From Eremomyces bilateralis CBS 781.70 (lineage: Eukaryota): 64,000 nt of DNA. The notes under the pieces were generated by a model. The model had not been told where the DNA came from, did no database searches, and saw only the letters and a program-made list of their open reading frames with translations. Where the stretch lies: the NCBI GenBank assembly GCA_010015585.1, contig ML975163.1, one strand, 5' to 3'. Positions 13,079-26,051 of this stretch are shown in pieces. The translations under genes were made by a program, and so were the position numbers. Each line of letters opens with the position of its first letter. Positions within the stretch are counted from its first letter, which is position 1.

Positions 13079-14707
13079 CTACCCTTTCAAAGACTTCCCC
13101 AAAACCTCTCTCCTCACTATCCTCCCGTCCCGCACACAACCCACACTCACCCCCGCCTCTCCCGTCATCCAGCCCGGCATCCTCTCCCCATTCACCACCC
13201 CCATCTCCACCAGCTTGCGTATCCCCGCAAACACATGCGATCCATTAAACGAGATCCGGACCTGTGGACGCCATGTCTCCCCCTCCTCCCCATCTTTCTC
13301 CGCCGACAGATCCGCATCCTCGCCCAGTCCCACTTCCGCCGTCCCGCGTCTAGAAAATACCTCGTCCATCCGGACCTCCACCCTCTCCAATGCCACCCCA
13401 TCCCTTTCCTTCCCCGACTCCCCAAACCGCCCCTCCGACACTCCCTCCAACCGCTTCAGCCGCTTCGGGTCATTCTCGCTTCCCCGGAGCATCTGCATAC
13501 TGCGCAACCGCTTCTTCCCCTGCTCCGGCGCGATGTTCTCCTTATCCTCATCGCCCCGCACCAGACCTCCCACCTCCTCCGCCTTCCGTTTATTTGAGCT
13601 AGTCTCGAACGCCAACGCTCCGTGCCCGACGCTCCCGTGCGCGAAGATGCTCCATGCGCCCTGCGCATGGTTCGTCCGCCCGGCGCCGCGCATCGCGAGC
13701 AACGTATTCAGCGAGCGGGCCGAGAGTGAGGTGGATTTGAGGGTGAGGCGGAAGTGTGGGCGAGAGAGCGCCTTGGGGATGGCGGCCAAGAGGACCTTTT
13801 TGAGACTTTTGGCGTCGGCGTCGTCGGCGGGTTGGCGGGTTCGTGAAGGGGGGTCGGAAGAGGGCGAGGGTTTGGAGGTGGCGCCGAGGCTGGCATAGAG
13901 GTAGGGGGTGTTGTCGGGGAAGATGAAGAAGACGGATTTGGAGGCGTCGAGGGTGGTGCTGGTGGTGGTGACGTTGGAGGTGCGGGGATCGTGGAGGGAG
14001 CGTTGGGTGTTGTACGGGCTGTCGTGGATGTAGACCCGGAGGATCGTCAGTTCTTGCTCGGGGTGTCGCGCGAGGTAGTAGTGGGTGCGCATCAATGACC
14101 CGATTTCGCGTTGCAGGTTGAGGAGAAAGGTGGGAGCGTGGAAGCGCGGGAGGCGAGACAAGGTTTCCAAGTTCTTTCGCTCCTCTCGCGCATCGAAACA
14201 TGTTTTCCGCTTATCCATGCCTGTCTTCCCACTCTTATTTATCGCAGCAGATTCGCTTTTACTGTTCTCATGCCGTGACAGCCGCAACGCTGTCCACCGC
14301 ACCGCACCATTCTGATCCAGAATCCACCTTGTCTCGGCCATTCCTAGCTGATACAGCGTGATCCCATGTCGCCAATCGCCCTCGAGTATCCGCTCCAACA
14401 CGTCTCGCTTGGTCCCGCTCCTCTTCTCCTGAAATTCCTCATATATCTCTACCGCCTCTTCGATGCTCTCGGCCGTGTCGAACGGCGCGTCAGGATCGTC
14501 GTCGGCCGTGGATGGGTCGGGGAGGGTAGCGAGGGTATATGGGACGCAGTATTGGATGTGCGGATCTGACAGCCATGATAATGCGAGCGATATGAGGGAG
14601 GCGCGGGATAATCGAGAGAGGGTACGGTGGATGAGGGGACTCGAGGAGGGGATGCGATGGGTGTTTTTGAGGCCCCCATGGGTCGGGATGGAGAGTCGGG
14701 GCGCCAT
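13079..14707 (-). CDS. CHL4: Inner kinetochore protein Chl4/Mis15/CENP-N
   Basis: 542-aa ORF with LSRLSRASLISLALSWL, ILEGDWRHGITLYQLGMAE, FNGSHVFAGIRKLVE..GERMPGWMTGEAG, typical of the CHL4 family. Confidence 0.88.
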   Translation of the reverse strand: MAPRLSIPTHGGLKNTHRIPSSSPLIHRTLSRLSRASLISLALSWLSDPHIQYCVPYTLATLPDPSTADDDPDAPFDTAESIEEAVEIYEEFQEKRSGTKRDVLERILEGDWRHGITLYQLGMAETRWILDQNGAVRWTALRLSRHENSKSESAAINKSGKTGMDKRKTCFDAREERKNLETLSRLPRFHAPTFLLNLQREIGSLMRTHYYLARHPEQELTILRVYIHDSPYNTQRSLHDPRTSNVTTTSTTLDASKSVFFIFPDNTPYLYASLGATSKPSPSSDPPSRTRQPADDADAKSLKKVLLAAIPKALSRPHFRLTLKSTSLSARSLNTLLAMRGAGRTNHAQGAWSIFAHGSVGHGALAFETSSNKRKAEEVGGLVRGDEDKENIAPEQGKKRLRSMQMLRGSENDPKRLKRLEGVSEGRFGESGKERDGVALERVEVRMDEVFSRRGTAEVGLGEDADLSAEKDGEEGETWRPQVRISFNGSHVFAGIRKLVEMGVVNGERMPGWMTGEAGVSVGCVRDGRIVRREVLGKSLKG

Positions 14708-17304
14708 GGTACGTATGTATAATTGTTATGAAAGGTTATGCGACCATAAATTCATGCTTAAATTGCATGTTGTAGTATGTTGGTGCATAGGTTTGCTGAT
14801 GTTGATACAGCAAATATCTTTGAATGTTGAATCGAGACGAGATCGCGTCGAAGTTTACATTTTGCCGTTTTGGGGTTAGCGTGAATGGTGGAGCCTGGAT
14901 GAGTTTATTCCCACAACAATCACAACTCCGTACCGATTCACGTCACGTCCACTCTCAAAGCCGAATCATATAAATGACGGAAGCTGGTGACGTCTCCGTT
15001 AAAGGCAGTCTAGGTGATGGTGAGGGTTGATATAACTTCCCGCTGGCTCTCGGCAACTTGACATTCGATAGTTCATTTTGAAGAACAGGTGAATCGGTGA
15101 CATCGAATGGTCAGTATTTCATTTGTTGAGTGCTAGTCACTGCAAGTTCCGCTAAGTCTATGATACTCGTCTTTCGTTTATTTTTCATCATTTGATAAAA
15201 TAAAACAAACTTACGTGGCAGTTTCTGTAAAGCCATCAGCAGGCGGCACGGCTGGCGAGGAGCCATCTAGTCAGGGGGGGTTGACCAGATAGTAGAACAG
15301 GACTCGTCGATGCGGATAGTCTGTTATTATCCAAGGTTCGAAACCAAAGCGTTTCGAGGAAGGTCGATATTTCAGTATTATGCTTGCCGAGGAGAAGCTT
15401 AAATTTGGTGTTCGAATACAAGATTTCAGCCAAAATAGATCAGAACTCGCTGTTATATACCTGGTACTACCAGGCGAGCAGGGTACTGTCTATCCCGACT
15501 GCGCTTCCATCATTCCGTGAAGTCAAATGATGCATTACGGAATAACTGTTATGGTCCCAGGCCTGCGGCCTGTTCCCTTGGTTGTGGCTGAAGACGTGGC
15601 TGGTGGATTATATCAGAGAAGCAAACAAACATGGTAACACAGCAGTAGGGCATTGGAGAGGAGAGTCGCTATCTCGCGCACAAAGGTGCCGGGAGATTTC
15701 TTCTCCCTCTCTCTTCAGTTTAGATTAATGGAACTTGGTAATCGCAGACCTTGCGCATCCAGACCGTGTCAATAACCAGACAACTCTTATATTCACCCGC
15801 GTCGGCTGTCCTGACGTGAGTATATTCTTGACGACTAGGATATGAAGACTGGCTTTGCTTTTCAGGGCTCCTCAGAGTACGGTATCTGGATAGAAATATT
15901 ATCGGTTCTCCTCAAAGGAGTCTGCATTGTGGCAACTATGAAATGATATAACTAGAGGAGTTTATCCTCGAAACGGCTTTCCTTCCAGCAGCTACGGGTA
16001 TGTGCAGTGCAACGCGTTCCAGGCATTGTATCAAAGTGATTCATTGGTTTTAATCCTATCACTAAATCAACTTCGATAATTCAAATGTTTCCCTTCCTAA
16101 GTCTCCCTAAATTGACGAATATTCCTAGATATTCTCAAGCCCTTTCATCCCAGCGCACAGTGTAAAGGCGACTGTCTCGGTATCATGTCTCTCGCCTATG
16201 CCGGTCCATTTAATATACAGCCATCTTGCTTCAAAAAGGCCTTAGTCGAAGCATGGATAGCGAAGCTAAGTCACATCACAACGCAGTCACCTACGTTTAT
16301 TAATAACTTACCCAAAACATGTCCTCAGTTGAATTTCGTGGTTCATCTAAGGCGTCATCTTGAGTGATGTTGGCTCTATGAAGAGAGTAGTTAGATGTAT
16401 TGAAACTTTGCCTCGTGATGGTATTTGCAGTGAAATGCCGCATTGTCCTTGGTCTGCGATGGTTTGTGGCTGGTACTCGGTATGGATGGCGTTGTAATTA
16501 ATGTTTGCCGAGCAGAAAGGCTAGTCAATCCAATGTGAGAATTCTATTTCTTACCCCAAAGATCAAATCTAACGGGATAGGTATAATAGAGTTCGCCGAG
16601 GGTCGTCTGTTGTTACTGGACACCTCGCTACGTGGATTATCGAGGGATCCCAAGAGGTAAATAGCCGATCGCCTCTGGTGAAGACTTCTGATTCTATCCC
16701 TAAGACCTTAAATCAAGCATGTGACCAGAGACCCGAAGCCTATATGTGCCCAACGCCTCCTTGCTCAGGTTCTCTCTCATTCTCCAGAAGAAATATGTTG
16801 CTCTGCCTGGCTCTACTTTCCTACGCAGCATTGTCCTGGGTCTGATTTGAATATGTCGCGAGTTAAATCAGTAGGTAGCATGTCTCCCGAGGGGCATTGC
16901 ATAAATTCATCGGCAGTACGAATCCTCGAAAGGGAGCATTGGTTGCATCGTCGAACGACTGACAGCTACCAACAATATCATCGAGTGATCCACTATACTG
17001 ATTCCAAAAGAACATATAATCCAGCTAAGGAATCATGAAGGCATCAATGCCTTTATGGCGATACATAGCCAGACACGGAACTGTACAAGCATCCGGTGAG
17101 CAGCATATAGCGTCTGCCCATGGCCCCTCAGCCCCCTAGGGGACTTTCAGATTGAAGCGACTCCTATCGTTTTCGTCGTATCGGACATTCTCCTATGCTT
17201 CCTAGGTCGAAGCTGTAATCGGGTGTGGTTTGCTTGAAATATAGTCAGAGGTTGGTTGTGTTCTGCACACTTCTGCCGTCTAGACGATAAAACATCGCAT
17301 AATC

Positions 17305-17556
17305 CTACGCAATGTTGGAGCAAATTACGGGCGGATTGCTCTTTCGGTGGATATTTCGGGGACGCCCTTTCCGAGGCTTTCCGCGTCCATTACAGTCCGC
17401 CCCGTCGCATCTTTTATTTGAATCCCGACGTTCACGCCCATGATTAGAGTAGGGCATCTTCCAGTTTCGTCTTCCTGCCCATGGTGCTTCGGCGCAGGAT
17501 TTCGTCTCTTTAGTCCCGTGGCCGCATATATGGGTTGAGAAAATTGTTTGGCACAT
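17305..17556 (-). CDS. Small basic Cys-rich hypothetical protein (MC-x8-CGH type)
   Basis: 83-aa ATG-initiated ORF MCQTIFSTHICGH...C...CxxxxC; the N-terminal pattern is common in small fungal orphan proteins; no other support. Confidence 0.4.
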   Translation of the reverse strand: MCQTIFSTHICGHGTKETKSCAEAPWAGRRNWKMPYSNHGRERRDSNKRCDGADCNGRGKPRKGRPRNIHRKSNPPVICSNIA

Positions 17557-20500
17557 GTTCGTTCAATGGCAGATGGATGATACAGTACCAAAAGCAAGTC
17601 GGTACTAACTAGAGGTAGAGGCTGCGATATGAGGAACGATCCGGCCTCGCGTGATCTTTAGCACCTGTTCCGAGACTTCGACTATATCTATCGTTGGAGA
17701 AAAAGACGGGGCATGGGTTGAAATAGCTCGAATATTAGAATGACTCCGCTGTCAGCGCGGCTCACTATCGCAATCAGAGCAACTAATGAGGTCCATGACT
17801 TGTCGGACGTTCTGTAAAGGGCCTTGACACCCCCATAGAGGATCAAAGGAAGCATGGGAGGGTTGAATGCAAGGGGGAAAGTAGTCGGTAGATCACATTC
17901 CACGCCTCCCTGGAATTCGGACGATGCCAATAAGCTGGCTTTAAGGAGTGTGGCGATGTGTGGTTTCGAATGAGATTCACCGTTATGCAACTAGATGAGT
18001 ATATCGGAGCCGGCAAAGTCTCATACCCACGAACAGTTACCTTATGGTTCGAGTCTCATTGGTTTGACTCCACTTGCTCCTCGTTCGGCAATATCATGTC
18101 CATCTACTAACATGGGATTTGCGATCTCAACCGTCCACTATGCGTGACCAAAAAAGCGCGGTTAAAATCCGACAGGATTCTCCGATTCCGCTGTCGACAC
18201 ACAAAAACGCAGGATCCCATGGATATATTGTGGCCCTGCAGAAGGCTGGTTACTCAGAATACCTCCACTAGAATACCTCTAGAACATTCCCGCGTCTGAA
18301 AAACAGCCTCGGAAGCAGATAAGGGCCAATGACCAAAGAAAGATGACTTGGAGGCCTTTGAAGATGAGACGCCGTGGTGTCCTGATGTCCTCATAAGTGC
18401 ATCAGGGCTGATGGCCGTAGGGCTGTTAAGGGATAAATGGCCATATAATTTAGTCTATGCCTTCAGCCCTGGTATAGCATCTGACGTTTAACTGACATTG
18501 TCATATCAGAGTGGTTCCATGTTGACCAGCCCTGATGAAGCAATCCGAGGCAGTTTGAGCAAAGGTGTTGGAGCATGACACGTCACAGGTGGTCCAAAGT
18601 CATGACACTCAAGACTGCAGGCCTGACATAACTCCGGTGGAATACTGACTCCGAATGAATTCAAAAAACAGGGGCTTTGACCTGATGCAATATTATGAAA
18701 TAATTGAATTAGATGGATGAGGCAGTTCCTGCAGAAGTTCACCACGGTTCCTGTTCCAGCGTTTCTCAACCAACCATGCTCCTCAACAACTCATGTCAGG
18801 ACGTGCTATCAGCTACGTATGCACAAGCATGTTAAACGCATCATTATTCATCGGTTGATGATCCAGGGGGGAGCTTTCCGTACTTAAAATATTACTCATT
18901 TAGTTGCCGGCTGCCGCCTCTATTTTCGGCGAGATTGCTGCTGTCCGTGGTCCAGGCGGTTGGTACAAGACGCTGACGGGCCTTCGGGCGCCATAACCGA
19001 CACCATTCTCCTGGTGAGACGGCTCCTCCTCGGTTCCTGGTCTGCGGGCTGGATTCCGAACCCCTCACTCGTCAAGAGCCCTTAAGGTTGTTCAGAAGCG
19101 CCATCTCGAACCATTCTGCTCACCTCTCATTTGTTCCACCTGTCGATCAGATGCAGGTCGCCGAATTTGCGTCCGTGCTGGCTGTCTCACAATGAGGGGG
19201 CAAAAGCCAAAGTCGATGTCATTTCTCCCGTGCTCCAGGGCTCCAGGCTCCCATGCCACTCTGCAACGCTGGTTACATTCCGAGGATTCAAATTTCTCTC
19301 GCGGTCTCGCCGCACCGTCGAGCTCGTGCAACCGTCCCCAGGAGACGGGCAGGAACCGTTCATCTCCCTTAATCTTCTCTTCAGCTTTCAGACTTCAGAA
19401 GATGGACTTGATGGGTTCAACACCTGTAGAGCGGGATGCTTAGCTCGTTATGAAGCCCTACTAGCCTGCGATATACCGCTCGATGAAAGGCGATCCTTCA
19501 GGAATTAGGATTTGAGGGCAAGTTTGTTCACGGACTGACACAGCCACAGAGTGGCCCCATGGGCGTGAAATGAGGTTCTCGAATGGTCATTTGAAAACTA
19601 CATGTCACGACTCACGAATGTGGATTGTCCCGTGTCTGGCATTCGCGAGGAATTCGGAGATGGGTGGTGGCAGTGTGGCTAATTATTTCCCATTACCACA
19701 ACGCCATCTCATCTCCGAATGGCGGGATTCATCTTCATGTTTCGTCCCGTATCTCTTCCCAACAGAATTATACTGGAGGCACAGTGGGTTTTTGACCCGG
19801 TAGATGAGGAGAGAGTGCACACAGTAAAATTGTTTGACCCACTCGCGGCGCCTTCAATCTTCATTCTCGTTGATCTCATTTCACGATCTCGTATTGCAGC
19901 TTATCATCCCCGTGGAGGTGATGACACAGTGAACGCTATCACGCTGTACAACACCGAACTCTTCAGCTTCCAGATCGCTTGCAATCTGTTACATGCCGGA
20001 GAGAAGACACCAAGAACATATCGGTGGTCCAAGAATGATATTGCATCATGACGAAATCTGGACAGCGCTTCACTCCGACGGTAGACATCCGAAGGTGGAC
20101 AGCATCGATCAGTCATTGGCACGATAGGGTTTCGTGATGGGGTATGCAGAATCTGAGCAAGAGATTGGTAGACCGTTAAGTTGTTCCTGGGACCTGCAGC
20201 CATCTGTTAGATTGCAGGCCCACGATTTGGGCTTGTCAATCCGCAGACTTAACAGGGGGTTCCTAGACGGGGTCAGGATGCCCCAGATCCTTGCCTGGCC
20301 ACCGTTCAAACATCTTGATCCATGGTCACCACATATCACATCCTTCTTTAAGCTTCTGTTTTCTCTCGCTCTACCGCTGTCCTTCCTGTCTTTCGAGTTC
20401 CTATTTCTCTTCTACATTCGCTGTGATCATTCGGTCTTTCGAGGCACTTCCACTCTTTCGACCATCGGTCTGTCACTCTTTACAGCAGCGAGATATCTGC

Positions 20501-20689
20501 ACCATTCTCTTCAGTACCAGTCCCTCACCTTTGCGAAATTGACTTTCGCTTTTAGTGTTTGTCTGTGACAAAGAGTTGATCACACGTCTCCTGAAAACCC
20601 CTCCAAAACGTTCAACCCTCCAGCCGTCGATCGTGCTTCTTCCCCGGACGACCTAACGAGATTGTCGATCCCCCTCCACCCGACTCAAG

Positions 20690-22036
20690 ATGCATTTCTC
20701 AACCATCCTCACTGGCCTTGCGGCCTTTGCTACCCTCTCTGAGGCAAGCATCCCCCATGGCTATGAGCGTCCTCAAGCCCGCCACCACGTTCGCCGTGCA
20801 GGTGGCAGCTCCAATGGCACTGTCTCCTCCGTACCCTCCAGGCCCAGCGGCTCCGGATCTGCCAGCATCCCGGCCTCCTCGGCCAGTGTCAGCATCCCCA
20901 CCTCCTCGGCCAGTGGTAGCGGCTCCATCCCCAGTGGCAGTGGCTCCGTTCATCCTACTGGTAGCGGTCGTCCAAGTCACAGCGGTCGTCCAAGCCATAG
21001 CGGTCGTCCAAGCCATAGCGGTCGTCCAAGTCACAGCGGTCGTCCAAGTGGTACCGGCCCTACTTATCCCACTGGGAACAGCACCTCGTCTCCCACCGGT
21101 AGCGGCACTGGCCGTCCCACTTCTCCTAGCTTTACCTTGGTGCCTACTGGCAACGGAACGACCACTGCGCCTGAGTTGACGACCTCTACCATCCTGTCAA
21201 CGGTCACTTCCACGATCGCAGGCACCGGTTCGGGTTCTCCGATCGTCGTCACTTCCGTTATCACTGTCGGCACCACTGTCTATACCAAAGACAAAGACAC
21301 GTCCCCAAGCACCACTGATTCAGTCGAGACATCTGTTGCAACCCTGACTTCTGGAACCGGCGCATCAAAGACAACCATTACCACCACTATCTTGAACACC
21401 AAGACTTCGACTGCTGTCCATGTCAGTAGCTCATATTCTATTATGGAACCTTCATGCTGATTACTTTTAGACCGTCACTGGTGGGACTGGTGGCGATTGC
21501 CCGCTTCCCTCCACAGTCACCGTTACCGAAAAGGAATATATCACTGTGGTAAGTAATCTAAACGAACCCCATGCCAACCCTCACTAACAAACCCTACCAA
21601 GACCGCTGGAAATGCCGGCCCTGGCTCTTCGGGAGGTGCTGAGACCCCCACCGGCGACTCTAGCCACCCTTCATCCTCATATGCAACCACCGCCGTTTCC
21701 ATCGTCACCATCGTGCCTGTCCCCAGCGGCGGGCCGCCATATGGCAACGGCACGATCCCCAGTGGCACCGCGCCTCCTTCAAGCGGCACCGCCCCATCGT
21801 CTCGCCCACCTCCTCACGGATCCAACCCAGTCCCGAGCGGCACCGGCCGGCCAACCCGCCCCGCACCCAGCGGCACCGGCCGGCCAACCCGTCCCGCCCC
21901 CAGTGGCACTGGTCCAGCACCCAGCGGTAGCGCTCCGGCACCCAGCGGTAGCGCCACGCCGTCCGGCGGCCACGGCCACGGTCACGGCCACGGCCCCGGG
22001 AAGGGCGTGAAGGCGAGGAACTTCGGTCGCCGCTAA
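20690..22036 (+). CDS. Secreted Ser/Thr/Pro/Gly-rich (mucin-like, cell-wall) protein
   Basis: Signal peptide MHFSTILTGLAAFATLSEA; dibasic site HVRR; SGRPSH and PSGTGRPTRPA repeats; introns ~21422-21470 and ~21549-21601; ends GHGHGHGHGPGKGVKARNFGRR. Confidence 0.85.
20962..21050 (+). repeat. 18-bp coding tandem repeat (about 5 copies, SGRPSH)
   Basis: AGCGGTCGTCCAAG(T/C)CA(C/T) repeated in tandem. Confidence 0.9.
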
Positions 22037-23163
22037 ACCATTACTCTCATGGGCGGTCCAACTTCGCCGCCCGGGGTTTACTTAGCAGGGCAACGATGCA
22101 CGCCTTGACGGCGATGGCGTTCTGCCGCGCCGCGGTTCATGCTGGAAGCATTTTCTGATTCGATTCGATTTAAGACTAGCCATCTATGACCGTCATGGGA
22201 TCGAGAGTCCGGCGCTTAACTTTTTTTTCCATTTCGTTTCTGGATAGACTTTTTTGGGGGATTTTTGGGGTCGAGATTTGAGATGATCCTTTTTGTGTAG
22301 ATAAATTCGTCGTGTCGAAAATACAGGCAGGTTACTTTGAGTTCTCTCTCCAGTCTAGACATGGATCCTATCTCGTGTCCAAGTGATGTGACCGTGATAG
22401 ATGAAGATCCTGCCGGCTCCCGTCTTTGTACTCCGGATTTGATTATCCTTGGCCGATCCCTAAACCTAACTTTAATATACTCTTCATTTCGGATCTGCGA
22501 GCCGATTCCAGGAACCAGGACGCCGATTTCGTGATGACAATAGGCCTGCGTGCTATCAATCTATAACAGCCAGGGGTAGCTAGCACTTCATACCTTGCTT
22601 CCTACCCCAGGAATCATGCAAGCTAGTGAACGGAGGATCTCCTATGCTCGTGTTGGTGTCGAAATATACCGTGGAAAAGAATTGAGACACGTGAAAGTTG
22701 CACAATGAGTTTGGATTACAAATTATCCCTTTCTCATCACAAGGAATACCGTTACAAGGGACGTACTTCAAAGTTCAGAAGTGAGCGTGTTCTCTTAAAA
22801 TAGATGCAGTCTACCACAGTGCATGTCCAAACTCGAGAACACGTTGTGCTCGTGCTCTAATTCTGCTATCACGACGTCTTCAGTTACTTGAAGGCTTTTT
22901 TCCTTGAATAGGATTCAAAACTATCGTCTTATGGATTCAGTTAAGTTAATGTTTTGATACCATGCTTAATCTCATGCGCGGCTGTGGTATGTTTCCGCCG
23001 GGCATCGTATGCAAGTCTTTTCCTCATGCACTGGTGCAACGCAAACGGACATCGTGTCATCAAAAGTTGGTAAGGGATTATACGAGCATAGAACGTCGGA
23101 GCAAGACTCAAGAAATACAGGAAGAGTGGTGGGTAAAGTATAAGGTTTCTGACCTGGATATAC

Positions 23164-23203
23164 GCCAGTGATGCAAGTGATACCAGTGATGCCAGTGATA
23201 CCA
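23164..23203. repeat. 9-bp degenerate tandem repeat (CCAGTGATR, ~4 copies)
   Basis: gccagtgat gcaagtgat accagtgat gccagtgat acca. Confidence 0.75.
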
Positions 23204-23562
23204 AAATATAATCCTTACCCAATTCCTCATAGAGATATTCCCCAACCTCAGCTCCCCCCTTTGGACTCAGACGTAAAAGGGAAACGAATATTTGTTGACG
23301 AATAATGATCTCTAGGCTGGGTCATTGTGTACCATGAGGGACCGAAGGAGCGGTACGCCGGAACGCTTCTCATTTACCGACGATTTCTAGAAAGGCCGTT
23401 GATTCACGGTTGGGGCGCTAGAATACTGCCTAAACGAGCAGTAAAGCGAGGAGAAATGAAATTGCTCCCATGCACATTGGTCTTTGGCAGTTTATTAGCA
23501 ACTAGAAAGATCAATCAGAAGATTGTAGTAGACAATGAGAAACAAGCACTGAGGCCAGGCCC

Positions 23563-25182
23563 TCAAGTCTGCCATCTCTGGATCTCATCCAAAGTTAAGA
23601 CGTATTCATGATTGTATATCTGTCCAAGTTAGCAACCCGACTTTCACAATAATGCGTGCCACTTGCCTGTTTCAGAGCTTCAGGGCTGTTCCATTCCGCA
23701 TTGTTGATGTATTGATCACCCCCCACAGCGAAATACAGCCAATCGGTCTGGTACGTCTGCAGGAGGTCAGGTAACGGAGCTCCGCCTATTTCAGCGGCTG
23801 CGATGAGCTTTGTATCGCGGCCAAGCTCCACCATTTGGTTGTATTGAGTTGACATAGGCTGTGAGCCAGTTAGTCATCTTCAGCCCTTGTCGAACGAGAG
23901 AATAAGATACGCACCCCATTGCCTTCAGCATGCACATCGGCACTCAAGATATCTACCGTATCATCTCCAGTGTACCATTCTTTCACAATGGAGTTCCAGA
24001 CCCAAATCAGATTGTTTAGTCCGTGATGCTTCGTCAACCGGTCGAACAGTACTCCCCAAAGCTGTTTCGCTGGCGCAGCACTTTTTGCTCCCCACCAGAA
24101 CCACTCCCCTTCTGCTTCATGCAAAGGCCACCACAGCACCGGAATTCTAGCGTCTTGGAGTCTCTTCAACTGCACAGCGATAGCGTCGATGTCTCGGATA
24201 AGCAGCGTGTAGTTGGCGTTCACAGTGTCCTGCAGTGTCGCCGTGACGTCAAAATCGGTCGCCTTGGTGTAGAAACCACTCCACCACGGGTTCTCTTGCG
24301 TGTCGAACAGCCCCGTGGGAGCATTCCAGTGCCATTGAGCAGCAACTATGCCGCCTTGTTTATGGTGCGATATGGCGTCCTCGACTGTCGCGGATTTGCT
24401 GCCACGCTCAAACTCGGGAAGGAGTATAGTCGATCAAATCCATAGATACGATGGTAGGGGTCTTCCTAGTTTGCGTGCGGATCAGATCTGCATATTTTGG
24501 ATCGTGCTGGCCAGACAGAATCTTCTTTCCATAGATCGACTTCAAGTAGCTGTAGAGCTTCTTGGAGTTACCATCTGCGCTCGGATTGATCAAAGCATCA
24601 TTGATCTTATGTGGCGGTCTGGGAGGCGAGGGAGTCAGACTAATATAGTCAACAAGTACCTAGTACTGGTCAGCGACTCGCATTACTCCTCGAGGGCAAG
24701 GTGCTCGCCATCCCCAGTTCGACACAATGTCAACTATGGTAGTTCCTACTTCAAGCAGTACCTATCCTCCAATGGCGTCGGCGAAGCTTTCGGTCGCAGG
24801 GAAAACGACTTCACTCGTCCTCGCGTTGTTGAGGACTATAGAAGCTCTCTTCTCTCTATAGATCCCGGCATATCAAATACTGAGGTCGTACAACTGCGCG
24901 TTGCTACTCTCAACTCGGAAAGTTGGCTTGTCGGTTGGCTGTTCAAAGCCAGTGACATATCCCTTTCCTATCATGTACTAGCCACTCAACATATAATCAG
25001 TGCCAGGAGTGTTTTTCTTCGGCTTCCTCACCAGAGAATCCCGAGTCCGCGCTTTCAATCGTGGTCCCAGAGAGGACAGCATCCTCTGCTTCAAAGGTCA
25101 GCTTCGAGTTGCTTTGACATAATACCGTTGATACGCTGGTGACTAGCACCCAGAGGGCTTTGAATATGAGCCTCATCTTCAT
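23563..25182 (-). pseudogene. GH26 endo-beta-1,4-mannanase with N-terminal CBM35, disrupted
   Basis: Signal peptide + FEAEDAVLSG CBM35; GH26 motifs ILSGQ, WHWNAP, WWSGFY, PLHEAEGEWFWWG, NNLIWVWN, AAAEIG. In-frame stops TGA (24875-24873) and TAG (24764-24762), +1 frameshift at ~24411 (SRV-ERG), probable -1 frameshift at ~24652. Confidence 0.92.
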
Positions 25183-26051
25183 CTATGCGTCCGATCAACA
25201 CTGCTTGACATTGCCGCCTCCGCTTCAGTCTCCGCGAGATCTCAACCCTCCTTTTATGTAGGTTCGTGAAGCAAGAGCATGATCTAATTTCGCAAAATAA
25301 TATCTGTCAATTATATTACGGACCATCGCTCGCCGTGCTGAAATAATGCTTTGATTGAAACAAGTCATTTTCTGGATGATAAGTAGCCGGGATCTTTACA
25401 TATCCATATAGCCACAGTGCAGGCGGCGCAAGTATCTCTCATTTTCCATCCGCCGAAACCAAGACGCGCGGAAAGAATGCAGATACATTACCGTATGGAT
25501 TTGTTGATGTACCTAAATGAATTGAACCTCAAAACCATAATTCCGATCTTTGCGTCCTGATGTCCATCTTGGGGTTGGCAAAATTGATCGGGACCCAGTC
25601 GGTATTTCGCGCTCCGCATCCAGTTCCAATAGTGTGCCTCGTCTTATTCATGTTGGACACCTGATTGTTTGAATGCCTGCATATATATATCCACAAACCG
25701 AGTGATCGAGAGAAGAAAGCGAAATCGATAAATCGGACGTTTTCTGAAGGCCGACTCGTGATGCTCCAGCTTGGATTGCTTCAATGGAGAGGCCAGCTTC
25801 GGGATTATCATCCCAAGGCATCTCACAATCCGATCTAGCATCAACAGGCCCATATCTGTTACTTCTTCTAGTTAATATTCCAAAACTCGTATTCCTAGTT
25901 CTTTGAAACCCTTCCACCGTTTGCCTCTCTATCTCTCACGTGCTTTCTCAAGCCGCCCTTGCGGAGGAGGGTCTGTGTCAAACCTTTAGGCAATGGTTAT
26001 GGGACCATCGGTAAACAGGAAATATCGCAATGTATAAGCAGCACATTGAAG

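Noticed and set aside
24348..25142. 264-aa plus-strand ORF
   Set aside because: Antisense shadow of the GH26 pseudogene
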